Shown in pieces: positions 9,462 to 18,583 of a DNA stretch of 64,000 bases. Under the pieces are notes generated by a model. It was not told where the DNA came from. It did not search any database and worked only from the letters and a program-made list of their open reading frames with translations. Every line of letters begins with the position of its first letter. Position 1 is the first letter of the stretch. Source of the stretch: an uncultured Candidatus Saccharibacteria bacterium. GTDB lineage: Bacteria; Patescibacteriota; Minisyncoccia; Phycocordibacterales; UBA9973. The stretch covers positions 178-64,177 of the forward strand of contig CAZQCV010000001.1 in NCBI GenBank assembly GCA_964591665.1, given 5' to 3'. The translations under genes were made by a program, and so were the position numbers.

Positions 9462-10013
9462 ATGGAGAAATTCAGAGACACAAAAGAAAGAACAGGAAAG
9501 TTTTTCATGAACGACCTAGTGCTGGATAAATATGCACGTTATCTTGGTATTTATGCAACAGGAGTATACATGTCACTTTGCAGACACTTTAACTATGCTA
9601 CAGGAACTTGTTTTCCATCGAAAGAAACGATGGCTCAGAAACTTGGTATCTCAGAAAGAAAAGTTTATGACGCAATAAAGCAATTAAAAGAGCTAAATTT
9701 AATCCAGGTTACTTCCCAAGGAAAGAAAGAGGACGGTTCATATAAAAATAATGTGTATAAATTATTGGATAAATCACATTGGTTGGATCCTTTGTTGTTC
9801 TATGCCGACGGCACAGGAAAACATAAACCGTCAGCACGTGGAGGCAAAACCCATAGGCACCGTATGCCTAATAAGGATACACATAGTAAGGATACAAATA
9901 ATAAGGGAGATATTAACATAGAAAGAACAGGAGAGCCTATAAATCCAATGAAGCAATTTAGAGAGAAGAAAGATGCTCTGGTCAAATCTATAACTATTGA
10001 TTACAATGGATAA
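9462..10013 (+). CDS. helix-turn-helix protein resembling phage/plasmid replication-initiator or replisome-organiser N-terminal domains
   Basis: The pattern ...FPSKETMAQKLGISERKVYDAIKQLKELNLI... is typical of winged-HTH Rep/DnaD-like proteins (HTH_36-like). The C-terminus is basic. Confidence 0.5.
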   Translation: MEKFRDTKERTGKFFMNDLVLDKYARYLGIYATGVYMSLCRHFNYATGTCFPSKETMAQKLGISERKVYDAIKQLKELNLIQVTSQGKKEDGSYKNNVYKLLDKSHWLDPLLFYADGTGKHKPSARGGKTHRHRMPNKDTHSKDTNNKGDINIERTGEPINPMKQFREKKDALVKSITIDYNG

Positions 10014-10218
10014 GCTACATGCCAAATTAATAAACGATGCTGTCTTTGTACCTGAAGAGGGGCAACGTGATTTGGTATGTAGCAATACAAAGTCGTTTCG
10101 TTGTCCCTCTTTGGGTATTAATTCTAATCAAGTCTCGGAAGAAATTGCACTCGATTACTTTGCAGGTATTTTAGTAAAAGCATTCCTTGATAAAAAAGAA
10201 AATGATCACAAACAATAA
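9997..10218 (+). CDS. small hypothetical protein (73 aa), possibly a recombination directionality or accessory factor
   Basis: Short ORF bridging the HTH gene and the recombinase, overlapping both by a few codons. No motif, so it could be spurious. Confidence 0.2.
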   Translation: MITMDKLHAKLINDAVFVPEEGQRDLVCSNTKSFRCPSLGINSNQVSEEIALDYFAGILVKAFLDKKENDHKQ

Positions 10219-11743
10219 TAAGAAAGCAGTACTTTACTGCCGAGTGTCTACTAAAGAGCAGGTTGATGAAGGTAATAGTCTTAGTACACAGGAAAAGACA
10301 TGTAGAGAATACTGCGCTAAAAATGACTATGAGATAGCTAAAGTCTTCTTAGAACAAGGTGAAAGTGCTAAGACTGCTGATCGCACCGAACTTCAAAAGC
10401 TGTTGACTTACTGTGCTGATAAAAAGAATGGCATAAAAGCTATTATCATATACAAAGTAGATCGTCTTTCCCGTAATACCGACGATTACAGTCAAATTAG
10501 GCTTTTCCTGAAGCGTTATGGTGTAGAAATCAAATCTACCTCTGAACACTTCGAAAACAGTCCTGTGGGGCGTTTTATGGAGAATACGATGGCCAACATA
10601 GCACAGTTCGATAACGATGTACGTTCTGAACGCTGTGCTGCAGGAATGATGGAGGCTGTACGAGAAGGTCGTTATGTATGGATGGCTCCTATAGGCTATG
10701 ACAACGTAAAAGTGAACGGTAAATCTACCATAGCTATGAATGAATTTATGGGTTCTTTGATGCGTAAAACTTTTGAACTCATAGCTTCTAATATTCATTC
10801 AACAGAAGAAGTAAGACACCTTATGACCGCAGAAGGTCTATTAAATAAAAAAGGGCAGCCACTTTCAAAAAGTTATTTCTATAGTGTACTTACCAATAAG
10901 TTATATACTGGACGAATCATTAAGTTTGGAGAAGAGCATATGGGTTTATTTGAACCGATCATCTCAGATGAACTATACGACCAAGTACAACGTGTATTAA
11001 AGGGTAAAGGACGGAAACATTCTCAATATCTTACTGACAACCCTGATTTCCCTCTTAAAAGATTAATTACAGATGAGAATGGTAAATTACTTACAGGTAG
11101 TTGGTCTAGAGGTGGTAGACTTAAAAAATATCCTTACTACCGTTTTGGAGATAACAAATCAAGTCACAACAGAGATAAGTTTGAAAAAGCATACATGCAA
11201 TATGTTGATCAGTTTGCTTTTGATCAGAAAAGATTAAGTCGACTGAAAGAATTAGTAAGAGAAAACCTAACAAGAGCAACAATGACTCAACGCAAAGAAG
11301 AAGAAAAACTTAAGAAACAAATAATTGAACTCAAAGAAAGACAATCAAATATCATTAAGAAAAACTTTGATGGTATCATTTCGGACACCGTTCTACAACA
11401 ACAATCAGCAATGATAGAAAAACAGTTACTAGATGCAAATACTTTGCTCATGAGTATGCCTAATACTGAAACAGATTATGATGAAGCATTATTATTCGTA
11501 GAAGAATATCTAAAAAACCCAAGTAAAATATGGAAAGAAGCAAATCTTGATGTAAAAATTAAACTACAATGGTTCCAATTCCCCTCAGGTATCGTGTATA
11601 AAAATAATACTTTTGGAACCACCGAAATGTGCTTATTTTTCAAAGCAAAAGACGCCTTTTCGGCGTCTAAGTCTGCTATGGTGGACCCTACAGGACTCGA
11701 ACCTGCCACCCCATCATTGCAAATGATGTGCTCTACCAGATGA
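10187..11743 (+). CDS. large serine recombinase (integrase), 3' end overlapping tRNA-Ala
   Basis: N-terminal AVLYCRVSTKEQVDEGNSLSTQE is a resolvase catalytic-Ser motif, followed by a recombinase domain and a coiled-coil C-terminal region. The last ~22 codons run antisense through the tRNA-Ala gene. Confidence 0.85.
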   Translation: MIKKKMITNNNKKAVLYCRVSTKEQVDEGNSLSTQEKTCREYCAKNDYEIAKVFLEQGESAKTADRTELQKLLTYCADKKNGIKAIIIYKVDRLSRNTDDYSQIRLFLKRYGVEIKSTSEHFENSPVGRFMENTMANIAQFDNDVRSERCAAGMMEAVREGRYVWMAPIGYDNVKVNGKSTIAMNEFMGSLMRKTFELIASNIHSTEEVRHLMTAEGLLNKKGQPLSKSYFYSVLTNKLYTGRIIKFGEEHMGLFEPIISDELYDQVQRVLKGKGRKHSQYLTDNPDFPLKRLITDENGKLLTGSWSRGGRLKKYPYYRFGDNKSSHNRDKFEKAYMQYVDQFAFDQKRLSRLKELVRENLTRATMTQRKEEEKLKKQIIELKERQSNIIKKNFDGIISDTVLQQQSAMIEKQLLDANTLLMSMPNTETDYDEALLFVEEYLKNPSKIWKEANLDVKIKLQWFQFPSGIVYKNNTFGTTEMCLFFKAKDAFSASKSAMVDPTGLEPATPSLQMMCSTR

Positions 11744-11754
11744 GCTAAGGGCCC
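11679..11754 (-). tRNA. tRNA-Ala (anticodon UGC), CCA encoded
   Basis: The reverse complement folds as a cloverleaf GGGCCCT/TA/GCTC-ATCTGGTA-GAGC/A/CATCA-TTTGCAA-TGATG/GGGTG/GCAGG-TTCGAGT-CCTGT/AGGGTCC/A/CCA. It has the G3:U70 Ala identity pair and a TGC anticodon. Confidence 0.85.
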
Positions 11755-11780
11755 GTACAAGGAATATACTATACTATTTT

Positions 11781-12767
11781 TTATTTCAGTGCAAGACCAA
11801 TCAAGTGGTGTATAAACTCTGGGAGTGTTACGCCTACTGGAGGTAAGGACTTTGGCACCAAAGACTCTTTGGTAAGCCCTGGAAGGTTGTTTACCTCAAG
11901 GAAATAGATCTTACCGTTTTTCCCTACGATGAAATCAGAGCGTGAATAGTGACGCAATCCAAGACCTTTGTGGATACGTTTTGCATAGTCCATAAGCACT
12001 TGTTTTTCTGCTTGACTGAAATTACCAGGAGAAATCTCTTCTGCTTCACCACTGTACTTTGCATCAAAATCAAAAAACGTAGACTTCGTGCGAATTTCAA
12101 TAGGAAGAAACGCGTAGACATCTTGTCCACGAAGGTTATCTGTAACCGCAACAGTTGCTTCTCGTCCTCCAACATATTCTTCTACGAGCACAACACTCTC
12201 ACCGAGGAGTTTCATAAGCACGTCTTGGAGATCGGTTGCAGTCTTAACAATAGAGACACCGATCGATGAACCACTAGTGACTGGTTTAACCACCCATGGA
12301 GGAGAAAGTTTCATCATGGTCTCACGAGTCATAGCGGTGACATAATTAGCAAATGGAACTGCAGTGCTTTCTGTATATTGATCAAGGTGAATATCTTTTG
12401 ATACAAGGATATCAAGTTCACGAGCATACTCTTTTGTTGTCCACTTATCGAGTGCACGTTTAGAAGCTTCAGGATTTGAACCAGTGTATGGAATACCTAT
12501 TGCTTCAAGTATTTGCTGTATCTGACCATCTTCACCAAACTCTCCATGAAGTGCAATGAACGCAACATCTATTTTGTCCACCAGTTGTTCAGGTTGTATC
12601 TCACGTCCTGCATGATGCCAAGTGCCATCTTTGGTGATGAGAACATCTACGGGTGTATACGTATCTTTAAAATGATCATGGAGTACAGACAAAACACTCT
12701 TACCTGTCTCAAGTGAAACAGGATATTCACTACTGATACCTCCACGTATAACACCAACTCGAATCAT
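11781..12767 (-). CDS. ddl: D-alanine--D-alanine ligase
   Basis: MIRVGVIRGGISSEYPVSLETGKSVL... shows the ATP-grasp Ddl architecture, 328 aa. Confidence 0.9.
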   Translation of the reverse strand: MIRVGVIRGGISSEYPVSLETGKSVLSVLHDHFKDTYTPVDVLITKDGTWHHAGREIQPEQLVDKIDVAFIALHGEFGEDGQIQQILEAIGIPYTGSNPEASKRALDKWTTKEYARELDILVSKDIHLDQYTESTAVPFANYVTAMTRETMMKLSPPWVVKPVTSGSSIGVSIVKTATDLQDVLMKLLGESVVLVEEYVGGREATVAVTDNLRGQDVYAFLPIEIRTKSTFFDFDAKYSGEAEEISPGNFSQAEKQVLMDYAKRIHKGLGLRHYSRSDFIVGKNGKIYFLEVNNLPGLTKESLVPKSLPPVGVTLPEFIHHLIGLALK

Positions 12768-12792
12768 ATACGGTTAGTATATCACGGAGGAA

Positions 12793-14016
12793 TTATTTTA
12801 GAAAATTCTTTGCTCGTTTTTCTTTATGAAACGCAATAGCGAAACGGTGTGCTTCAACGTTTGCGAGAAGAATAGCGCGTTTGTGTTTGTTTACGAGCAA
12901 CTGTTCACCAAGTATTTCTCGTGCTTTATGACTATCATCTTTTACCACTGATACTACTGGCACGTTCCATTGGTACCGAGCACTTACTTGTTCTCCTACA
13001 CGTTTCTGCGCTACACCACCGTCAGTAACGATAATATCCGGAATTCCCCATTCTGTGTGCCGTAAACGACGTGAGAGGATCTCTTCAAGCGCACCAGTGT
13101 CGTTACTACCTGACTGTGTCTTTATGATGAATTTCTTATATTCACGAGGCGCAGCTTCACCATCAATCACGACCGTCATAACGCCAACCATATTTTTGCC
13201 ACTCATATGCGCTACATCGTAAGCTTCGATACGAACTCGTGACATGCTTGGATTTGTAAGAAGTTCGTTCTTGATAAGGGAAACATCATTGATATGTTCA
13301 AGAGCAAAGATCTGTCGTTTGTACTCACCTGCTTTTTCAAACGCTTGTGCTTTGGCAGCTTTCATCATTTCTTTTTTGAGTGTTTCCAATATCTTCTTTT
13401 TCTTACCTGCGAAAAAGAGTTCGATGTGCCTAATTCGTTCTTTATATAGTTTTATTGCTTCAATATTTTGTGTGTCAGGTGTGAGTCCAAGTTGTTTATA
13501 AAACTCATAGTTATCTTTTTTGATAGAGTTCTGATCTACAAATGGGAAAATACGGCGAATAATCTTCAGTCCATCACGAATCGCACCGCCACTTGGATAC
13601 GGACCAAAAAGTGACCGTATTGCCATGGTTTTTGTCTTCATTTTAATGTCAACTTCTCTGCCTCGAATAAGAAGCACCTTTGGAATGATTTCATCAGTAA
13701 TAACGACATAGTTGAAGCTCTTATCATCTTTTTCTTTGGTATTGTACTTCGGCTGATGTTTTTTTATGACATTTGCTTCGAGCATAAGTGCTTCAAGTAC
13801 TGAGTCAGTAACTTCATATTTTACAGTGGTTGCCTTGAACACCATATCAACAATATGTGAACCACGTGTATGGATAAGATCAGTAGCGAAATAACTCCGT
13901 ACGCGAGAACGAAGTGACGTTGCTTTACCGATATACAAAATCTCCCGACCTTTCATAAAGAAATATACGCCGGGTTGATCTGGAAGTTTTAGTTTTGTTA
14001 GTCCTTGACTAGTCAT
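12793..14016 (-). CDS. uvrC: excinuclease ABC subunit C, short form lacking the C-terminal (HhH)2 region
   Basis: N-terminal GIY-YIG motif (GVYFFMKGREILYIGKATSLRSRVRSYF) plus the UvrC central and RNaseH-like region. Only 407 aa. Confidence 0.8.
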   Translation of the reverse strand: MTSQGLTKLKLPDQPGVYFFMKGREILYIGKATSLRSRVRSYFATDLIHTRGSHIVDMVFKATTVKYEVTDSVLEALMLEANVIKKHQPKYNTKEKDDKSFNYVVITDEIIPKVLLIRGREVDIKMKTKTMAIRSLFGPYPSGGAIRDGLKIIRRIFPFVDQNSIKKDNYEFYKQLGLTPDTQNIEAIKLYKERIRHIELFFAGKKKKILETLKKEMMKAAKAQAFEKAGEYKRQIFALEHINDVSLIKNELLTNPSMSRVRIEAYDVAHMSGKNMVGVMTVVIDGEAAPREYKKFIIKTQSGSNDTGALEEILSRRLRHTEWGIPDIIVTDGGVAQKRVGEQVSARYQWNVPVVSVVKDDSHKAREILGEQLLVNKHKRAILLANVEAHRFAIAFHKEKRAKNFLK

Positions 14017-14082
14017 GTATTTGATAGTATATTATATAAAATTTGAAAATGCAATTTTGCAAAACAATAAAATAACGACGAT

Positions 14083-14376
14083 ATGAAAATCAGATTAATT
14101 AATCCTGACAATATTGACCTAAAACGAGCTCATAAAACCTGGTGGTTTTGGTTTGCAGCAATTTTATCCATCCTATTTTTTTACTTTAAAATAATTCCTA
14201 AAATAAATGGATACTCTGCAGATGAGGTAGCGTGGATTGCAACTTGGGTAGTATTCCTTTACTTTTGCAGTCTTATTTTAGGTATTATCATTGCAGTTAT
14301 ATGCACAATAATAGAGTATGCAGTAAATGGAGAATCTGAGGAAATAATCAAATTCATTCGAGATATTTTTAAATAA
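14083..14376 (+). CDS. small membrane protein (97 aa)
   Basis: Two predicted hydrophobic helices. Hypothetical. Confidence 0.35.
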   Translation: MKIRLINPDNIDLKRAHKTWWFWFAAILSILFFYFKIIPKINGYSADEVAWIATWVVFLYFCSLILGIIIAVICTIIEYAVNGESEEIIKFIRDIFK

Positions 14377-14387
14377 AAACTGAGAAG

Positions 14388-15020
14388 ATGAAACCGAAAC
14401 CATATTTATTTTTGGATTTAGATGAAATGATGTTTGCCACATTGCAACACATGGTTGATTATATTAATAAACGCCATGGAATCAATTCAACTATTCATGA
14501 TCACATTGGTCAAAACGATACTTTAGATAGTGTAATAAAGAGATACAATAAAGACTATAACTTAAGCTGGGGTGAAACATATATGGATGTTGGAATTAAT
14601 TTTCACGCATCTTTAGAAATACACAAAAATGTTCTTCCTATGGAGGGCATGCCTGAAGCTGTTAAACAACTTTCTAAAAAATATCGATTAGTAGTAGTAA
14701 CTGCAAGACAAAAAGCTGGTTATGAAGTTATTCGTTATCTCCTTAACAAACATGTTCCAGGTTGCATCACTCATATACACTGTGTATGGGAACACATAGG
14801 AAACGGACGGTTTAATGAAATCATGTCAAAGAGAAAATTCATTGAAAGTGTTTCTGGAAAGAAAACTGGCTTTATTGATGACTCCGTACACGAAATCAAA
14901 AAACTGATGAGCGTCCTCGACTGCTACCTTTTCGATCCGACAAATTTACATGAATCTGTGCCGGGTATTCCAAACAGAGTACATGGTTGGGACCATATTC
15001 ATAATACTTTTCTCAGATAG
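14388..15020 (+). CDS. HAD-superfamily 5'(3')-deoxyribonucleotidase-like hydrolase
   Basis: N-terminal FLDLDEMMF is HAD motif I (DxDx[TV]). Size and layout resemble NT5C-type deoxyribonucleotidases. Confidence 0.55.
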   Translation: MKPKPYLFLDLDEMMFATLQHMVDYINKRHGINSTIHDHIGQNDTLDSVIKRYNKDYNLSWGETYMDVGINFHASLEIHKNVLPMEGMPEAVKQLSKKYRLVVVTARQKAGYEVIRYLLNKHVPGCITHIHCVWEHIGNGRFNEIMSKRKFIESVSGKKTGFIDDSVHEIKKLMSVLDCYLFDPTNLHESVPGIPNRVHGWDHIHNTFLR

Positions 15021-15063
15021 AAAAGAAAAACATATACTAGGTATTGCTCACGCAATGCCTTTT

Positions 15064-17715
15064 TTATTTATCTTTCTTTAACACTTTCTTTAAATATTTT
15101 CCTGTATATGAGTTTTTATTGCTAGCTACTTCTTCTGGAGTTCCCTTTGCAACCAGCTGCCCACCACCAACACCACCTTCTGGGCCGATATCAATCAAGT
15201 AGTCTGCGCATTTTATAAGATCCATGTTGTGTTCAATAACAACCACCGTGTTCCCTTTTGAAACAAGCAAGTCTAACACTTGTATGAGACGAGCCACATC
15301 GTCATAATGAAGTCCAACGGTAGGTTCATCAAGTAAGTACATAGTTTTTTCTACATGCGGTCGATAGAGTTCTGAAGAGATTTTTACACGCTGTGCTTCA
15401 CCACCTGAGAGTGTAGTTGCACTTTGACCGAGCGCGAGATACCCAAGACCTACTTCATCCAGTGTTTTAAGTCTGTCATGAATTGCTGGGATGTCGTCGA
15501 AGAACGTCAACGCTTCTTCTACCGTCATCTGAAGCACGTCATAAATATTTTTCTTTTTATATTCAACCGTGAGTGTTTCTTTGTCGAAACGTTTTCCACG
15601 GCACACATCACATGTCACATATACCGTTGGCAAGAAGTGCATTTCAACAGCGATCTCACCGTTACCTTCACATGCTTCGCAACGACCACCTTTTACGTTA
15701 AATGAAAAGCGATTAGATTTCCAACCTTTGACACGGGCATCTGTTGTCGATGCAAAAATATCACGAATAAATGTAAACGCGCCTGTATAGGTAGCAACGT
15801 TTGATCGTGGTGTACGACCAATCGGTGATTGATCAATCAGAATTGCTCGTGAAATATGTTCTGTACCAGTAAATGCCGCACAGTTAAAACGTTCATTTGA
15901 ACGATATTTACGATCTAAACGAACTTGCAAATTCTTATGCAGGATTTCATACATAAAAGAACTCTTACCACTTCCAGATACACCTGTGATACAGATAAGG
16001 CGTCCGAGTGGAACTTCAACATTCATATTTTTTATATTAAACACTGAACCGTTGGTGATTTTGATACTACCTTTATCTTTTGTTCGACGTTCTTCTGGAA
16101 TGCGAACTTTTTCTTCCCCCCGAAGGTATGCAAGAGTTCGAGAACCTGTGTGATTCTTTTTTGCGGCAAGAAGATCTTCAAGCCATCCAGAGGCAACAAC
16201 TTCCCCGCCATGTACACCAGCTTTTGGACCAATATCAACGATATAGTCTGCTGAGTAAATCGTATCTTCATCATGTTCAACAACAAGAATAGTATTTCCA
16301 AGATCACGGAGATTTAACAGTGTTTCAATCAATTTTTCATTATCACGCTGGTGAAGTCCGATAGTTGGTTCATCGAGTACATACAATGCCCCCACAAGTC
16401 GAGAACCTAGTTGTGATGCAAGTCGAATACGCTGACTCTCGCCACCCGAGAGCGTATTTGCGCGGCGATCAAGTGAAAGATACTCAAGTCCTACATTGAG
16501 CATAAACTGCAGTCTAGCCTCAATTTCACGGACTACAGGCACCGAAACATCTTTATCTTTAGGAGACAATACAAGCCCATACATGAAGTCATATGCATCT
16601 TGAATAGAAAGTGAGGTAAAATCAACAATATTTTTTCTACCCTTTCCAGAACCAAGGAAAACATGGAGTGCCTCTGTGCGAAGTCGTGCTCCATTACACT
16701 CTGGACACTTTTCGTCTCCACCGAAATACTTGGTACCAAGACCGTTACAAGAAGGACATGCACCATAGGGTGAATTAAATGAAAATAGTCGTGGTTCTAT
16801 TTCAGGAAACGAATACCCGTCGTTCGGACACGCAAACTTTGCAGAAAGAAGAAACTCGGTCTCTGCTGTTTGACCTTCACCGAATGAAACAACGACAAGT
16901 CCTTCTGATTCTACAAGCGCTCTCTCTACTGCTTCTGAGAGGCGTTGACGGCTACTGACTTTGTCACTTTTAAATTCTTGAATAGTAAAGCCATCCACAA
17001 GCACGTCGATGTTGTGTGGTTTTGTTTTTGAAAGCATGACTTGTTCACGGAGACTGTGCATCACACCATCGAGTCGTATATCAGAAAAACCTTTTGCAAG
17101 TAAATCATAGAGTAGTTGATAGTGTTCACCTTTTCTTCCACGAATGATCGGAGCAAATACTGAAACCGGTGTTTCCTGCCAGGTTACACCCATCACTGAT
17201 TTTTTACCTGAACCTTCTTTAAGCAATTGATCAACTTTTGAGATAACAAAAGCTACAATTTCTTCAGTAGAAAGTTTTTTAATTTCTGCACCACACTCTG
17301 GACAAACTGGCTTACCAACACGAGCATACATGACACGAAGGTAGTCATAAATTTCTGTAATAGTTGCAACCGTTGAACGTGGGTTGTTTGAGCGAGATTT
17401 TTGATCAATAGAAATAGCTGGAGAAAGACCCGTGATCTCATCTACATCAGGTTTCGGCATTTGATTCAAAAACTGTCGCGCGTATGCAGAGAGCGACTCC
17501 ACGTAGCGACGCTGACCTTCTGCGAAGATAGTATCAAACGCAAGAGAACTCTTACCAGAGCCTGACATACCAGTAACAACGATCATTTTATTTCGAGGCA
17601 TTTCAACAGAAATGTTCTTGAGGTTGTGCGTTCGCGCACCTTTTACAACGATTGTTTCAGCCATTTCATGTTTTTTCATACGCGCCATTTTACCATATTT
17701 TGCAATAAAAAACAC
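15064..17715 (-). CDS. uvrA: excinuclease ABC subunit A
   Basis: Two ABC ATPase modules ([15 protein letters not shown] and [15 protein letters not shown]), zinc-finger Cys clusters, and LSGGE signature motifs. The true start is probably the internal MARMKK. Confidence 0.95.
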   Translation of the reverse strand: MFFIAKYGKMARMKKHEMAETIVVKGARTHNLKNISVEMPRNKMIVVTGMSGSGKSSLAFDTIFAEGQRRYVESLSAYARQFLNQMPKPDVDEITGLSPAISIDQKSRSNNPRSTVATITEIYDYLRVMYARVGKPVCPECGAEIKKLSTEEIVAFVISKVDQLLKEGSGKKSVMGVTWQETPVSVFAPIIRGRKGEHYQLLYDLLAKGFSDIRLDGVMHSLREQVMLSKTKPHNIDVLVDGFTIQEFKSDKVSSRQRLSEAVERALVESEGLVVVSFGEGQTAETEFLLSAKFACPNDGYSFPEIEPRLFSFNSPYGACPSCNGLGTKYFGGDEKCPECNGARLRTEALHVFLGSGKGRKNIVDFTSLSIQDAYDFMYGLVLSPKDKDVSVPVVREIEARLQFMLNVGLEYLSLDRRANTLSGGESQRIRLASQLGSRLVGALYVLDEPTIGLHQRDNEKLIETLLNLRDLGNTILVVEHDEDTIYSADYIVDIGPKAGVHGGEVVASGWLEDLLAAKKNHTGSRTLAYLRGEEKVRIPEERRTKDKGSIKITNGSVFNIKNMNVEVPLGRLICITGVSGSGKSSFMYEILHKNLQVRLDRKYRSNERFNCAAFTGTEHISRAILIDQSPIGRTPRSNVATYTGAFTFIRDIFASTTDARVKGWKSNRFSFNVKGGRCEACEGNGEIAVEMHFLPTVYVTCDVCRGKRFDKETLTVEYKKKNIYDVLQMTVEEALTFFDDIPAIHDRLKTLDEVGLGYLALGQSATTLSGGEAQRVKISSELYRPHVEKTMYLLDEPTVGLHYDDVARLIQVLDLLVSKGNTVVVIEHNMDLIKCADYLIDIGPEGGVGGGQLVAKGTPEEVASNKNSYTGKYLKKVLKKDK

Positions 17716-17748
17716 CCTCTGAGTGAGGGTATCTTTTATGCATTATAT

Positions 17749-18540
17749 TTATCTTGTCAACTGAACTTCTGGCATACCGAGTACATATGGACCTACTTGG
17801 TATTGACCGAAGTACAGAGTAATCGTTGTCGGTGTAAAGGTGAACACACTAAAATTTTCTTCTTTAGGCTCTGTACCGTCTTCAATCATGGATACAAGTG
17901 AACTAGTATCTTCTCCATCATTCATAACTACGTACTGCTTTTTAAGATCTGCGCGTGAGGCATCTGAGACTGTTTTCAAGTAATTTGGATCGTTCGGAAA
18001 TAGATCTTTCAGTGTCATAATCTTATTATTTTTTACATCATAGGCAAATGAGACTTTATTTGCATACCCATGTGCACCACCTGAAAAACCACTATACTCT
18101 TCCACAAAACTTATATAGTTAGCGTTACTTTGTGCAACGGTAAAGTCAGCCATAAACGGCCACTTATCTTCATCTGTTTCGGGTTTAGCTTTTATATCAT
18201 CACCTGGTGCTCGTGTATCATATCGTGCTTTCCAGTTGTCTTCTGATGATTGTTTTTGCTCGTCAATAGCTTTTTTCAATACAGTTTCGACTTGGTCGTT
18301 AAACTCTTTCGAAGCCTGAGGGAAATATGGATATTTTACATTTACCGTAACGTAATCAGTACTTTCGGAAATAGCTTTAGTCTCATATGAATTACCAAGG
18401 ACAAGATCCTCGGTTTCAAGATTTGAAACTGGTAACACTGCAGCATCTCTCTGTACTCGCCAGTATCCAAGCACCGCAAGAATAGCTAAGAGGATAACAA
18501 CGAACAAAATAAGATTAAAGATAGATTGTTTTTTTATCAT
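17749..18540 (-). CDS. membrane-anchored DUF3298/DUF4163 (RsiV-like) domain protein
   Basis: N-terminal TM anchor. The SGFSGGAHGY motif is characteristic of DUF3298. Confidence 0.55.
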   Translation of the reverse strand: MIKKQSIFNLILFVVILLAILAVLGYWRVQRDAAVLPVSNLETEDLVLGNSYETKAISESTDYVTVNVKYPYFPQASKEFNDQVETVLKKAIDEQKQSSEDNWKARYDTRAPGDDIKAKPETDEDKWPFMADFTVAQSNANYISFVEEYSGFSGGAHGYANKVSFAYDVKNNKIMTLKDLFPNDPNYLKTVSDASRADLKKQYVVMNDGEDTSSLVSMIEDGTEPKEENFSVFTFTPTTITLYFGQYQVGPYVLGMPEVQLTR

Positions 18541-18583
18541 AAAAAGTGTGCTGAGTTAGATGTGTAATAGATCCAGTATATCA

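Noticed and set aside
10349-10798. 149-aa ORF antisense within the second recombinase
   Set aside because: Same reasoning: it is embedded in a well-supported gene with no features of its own.
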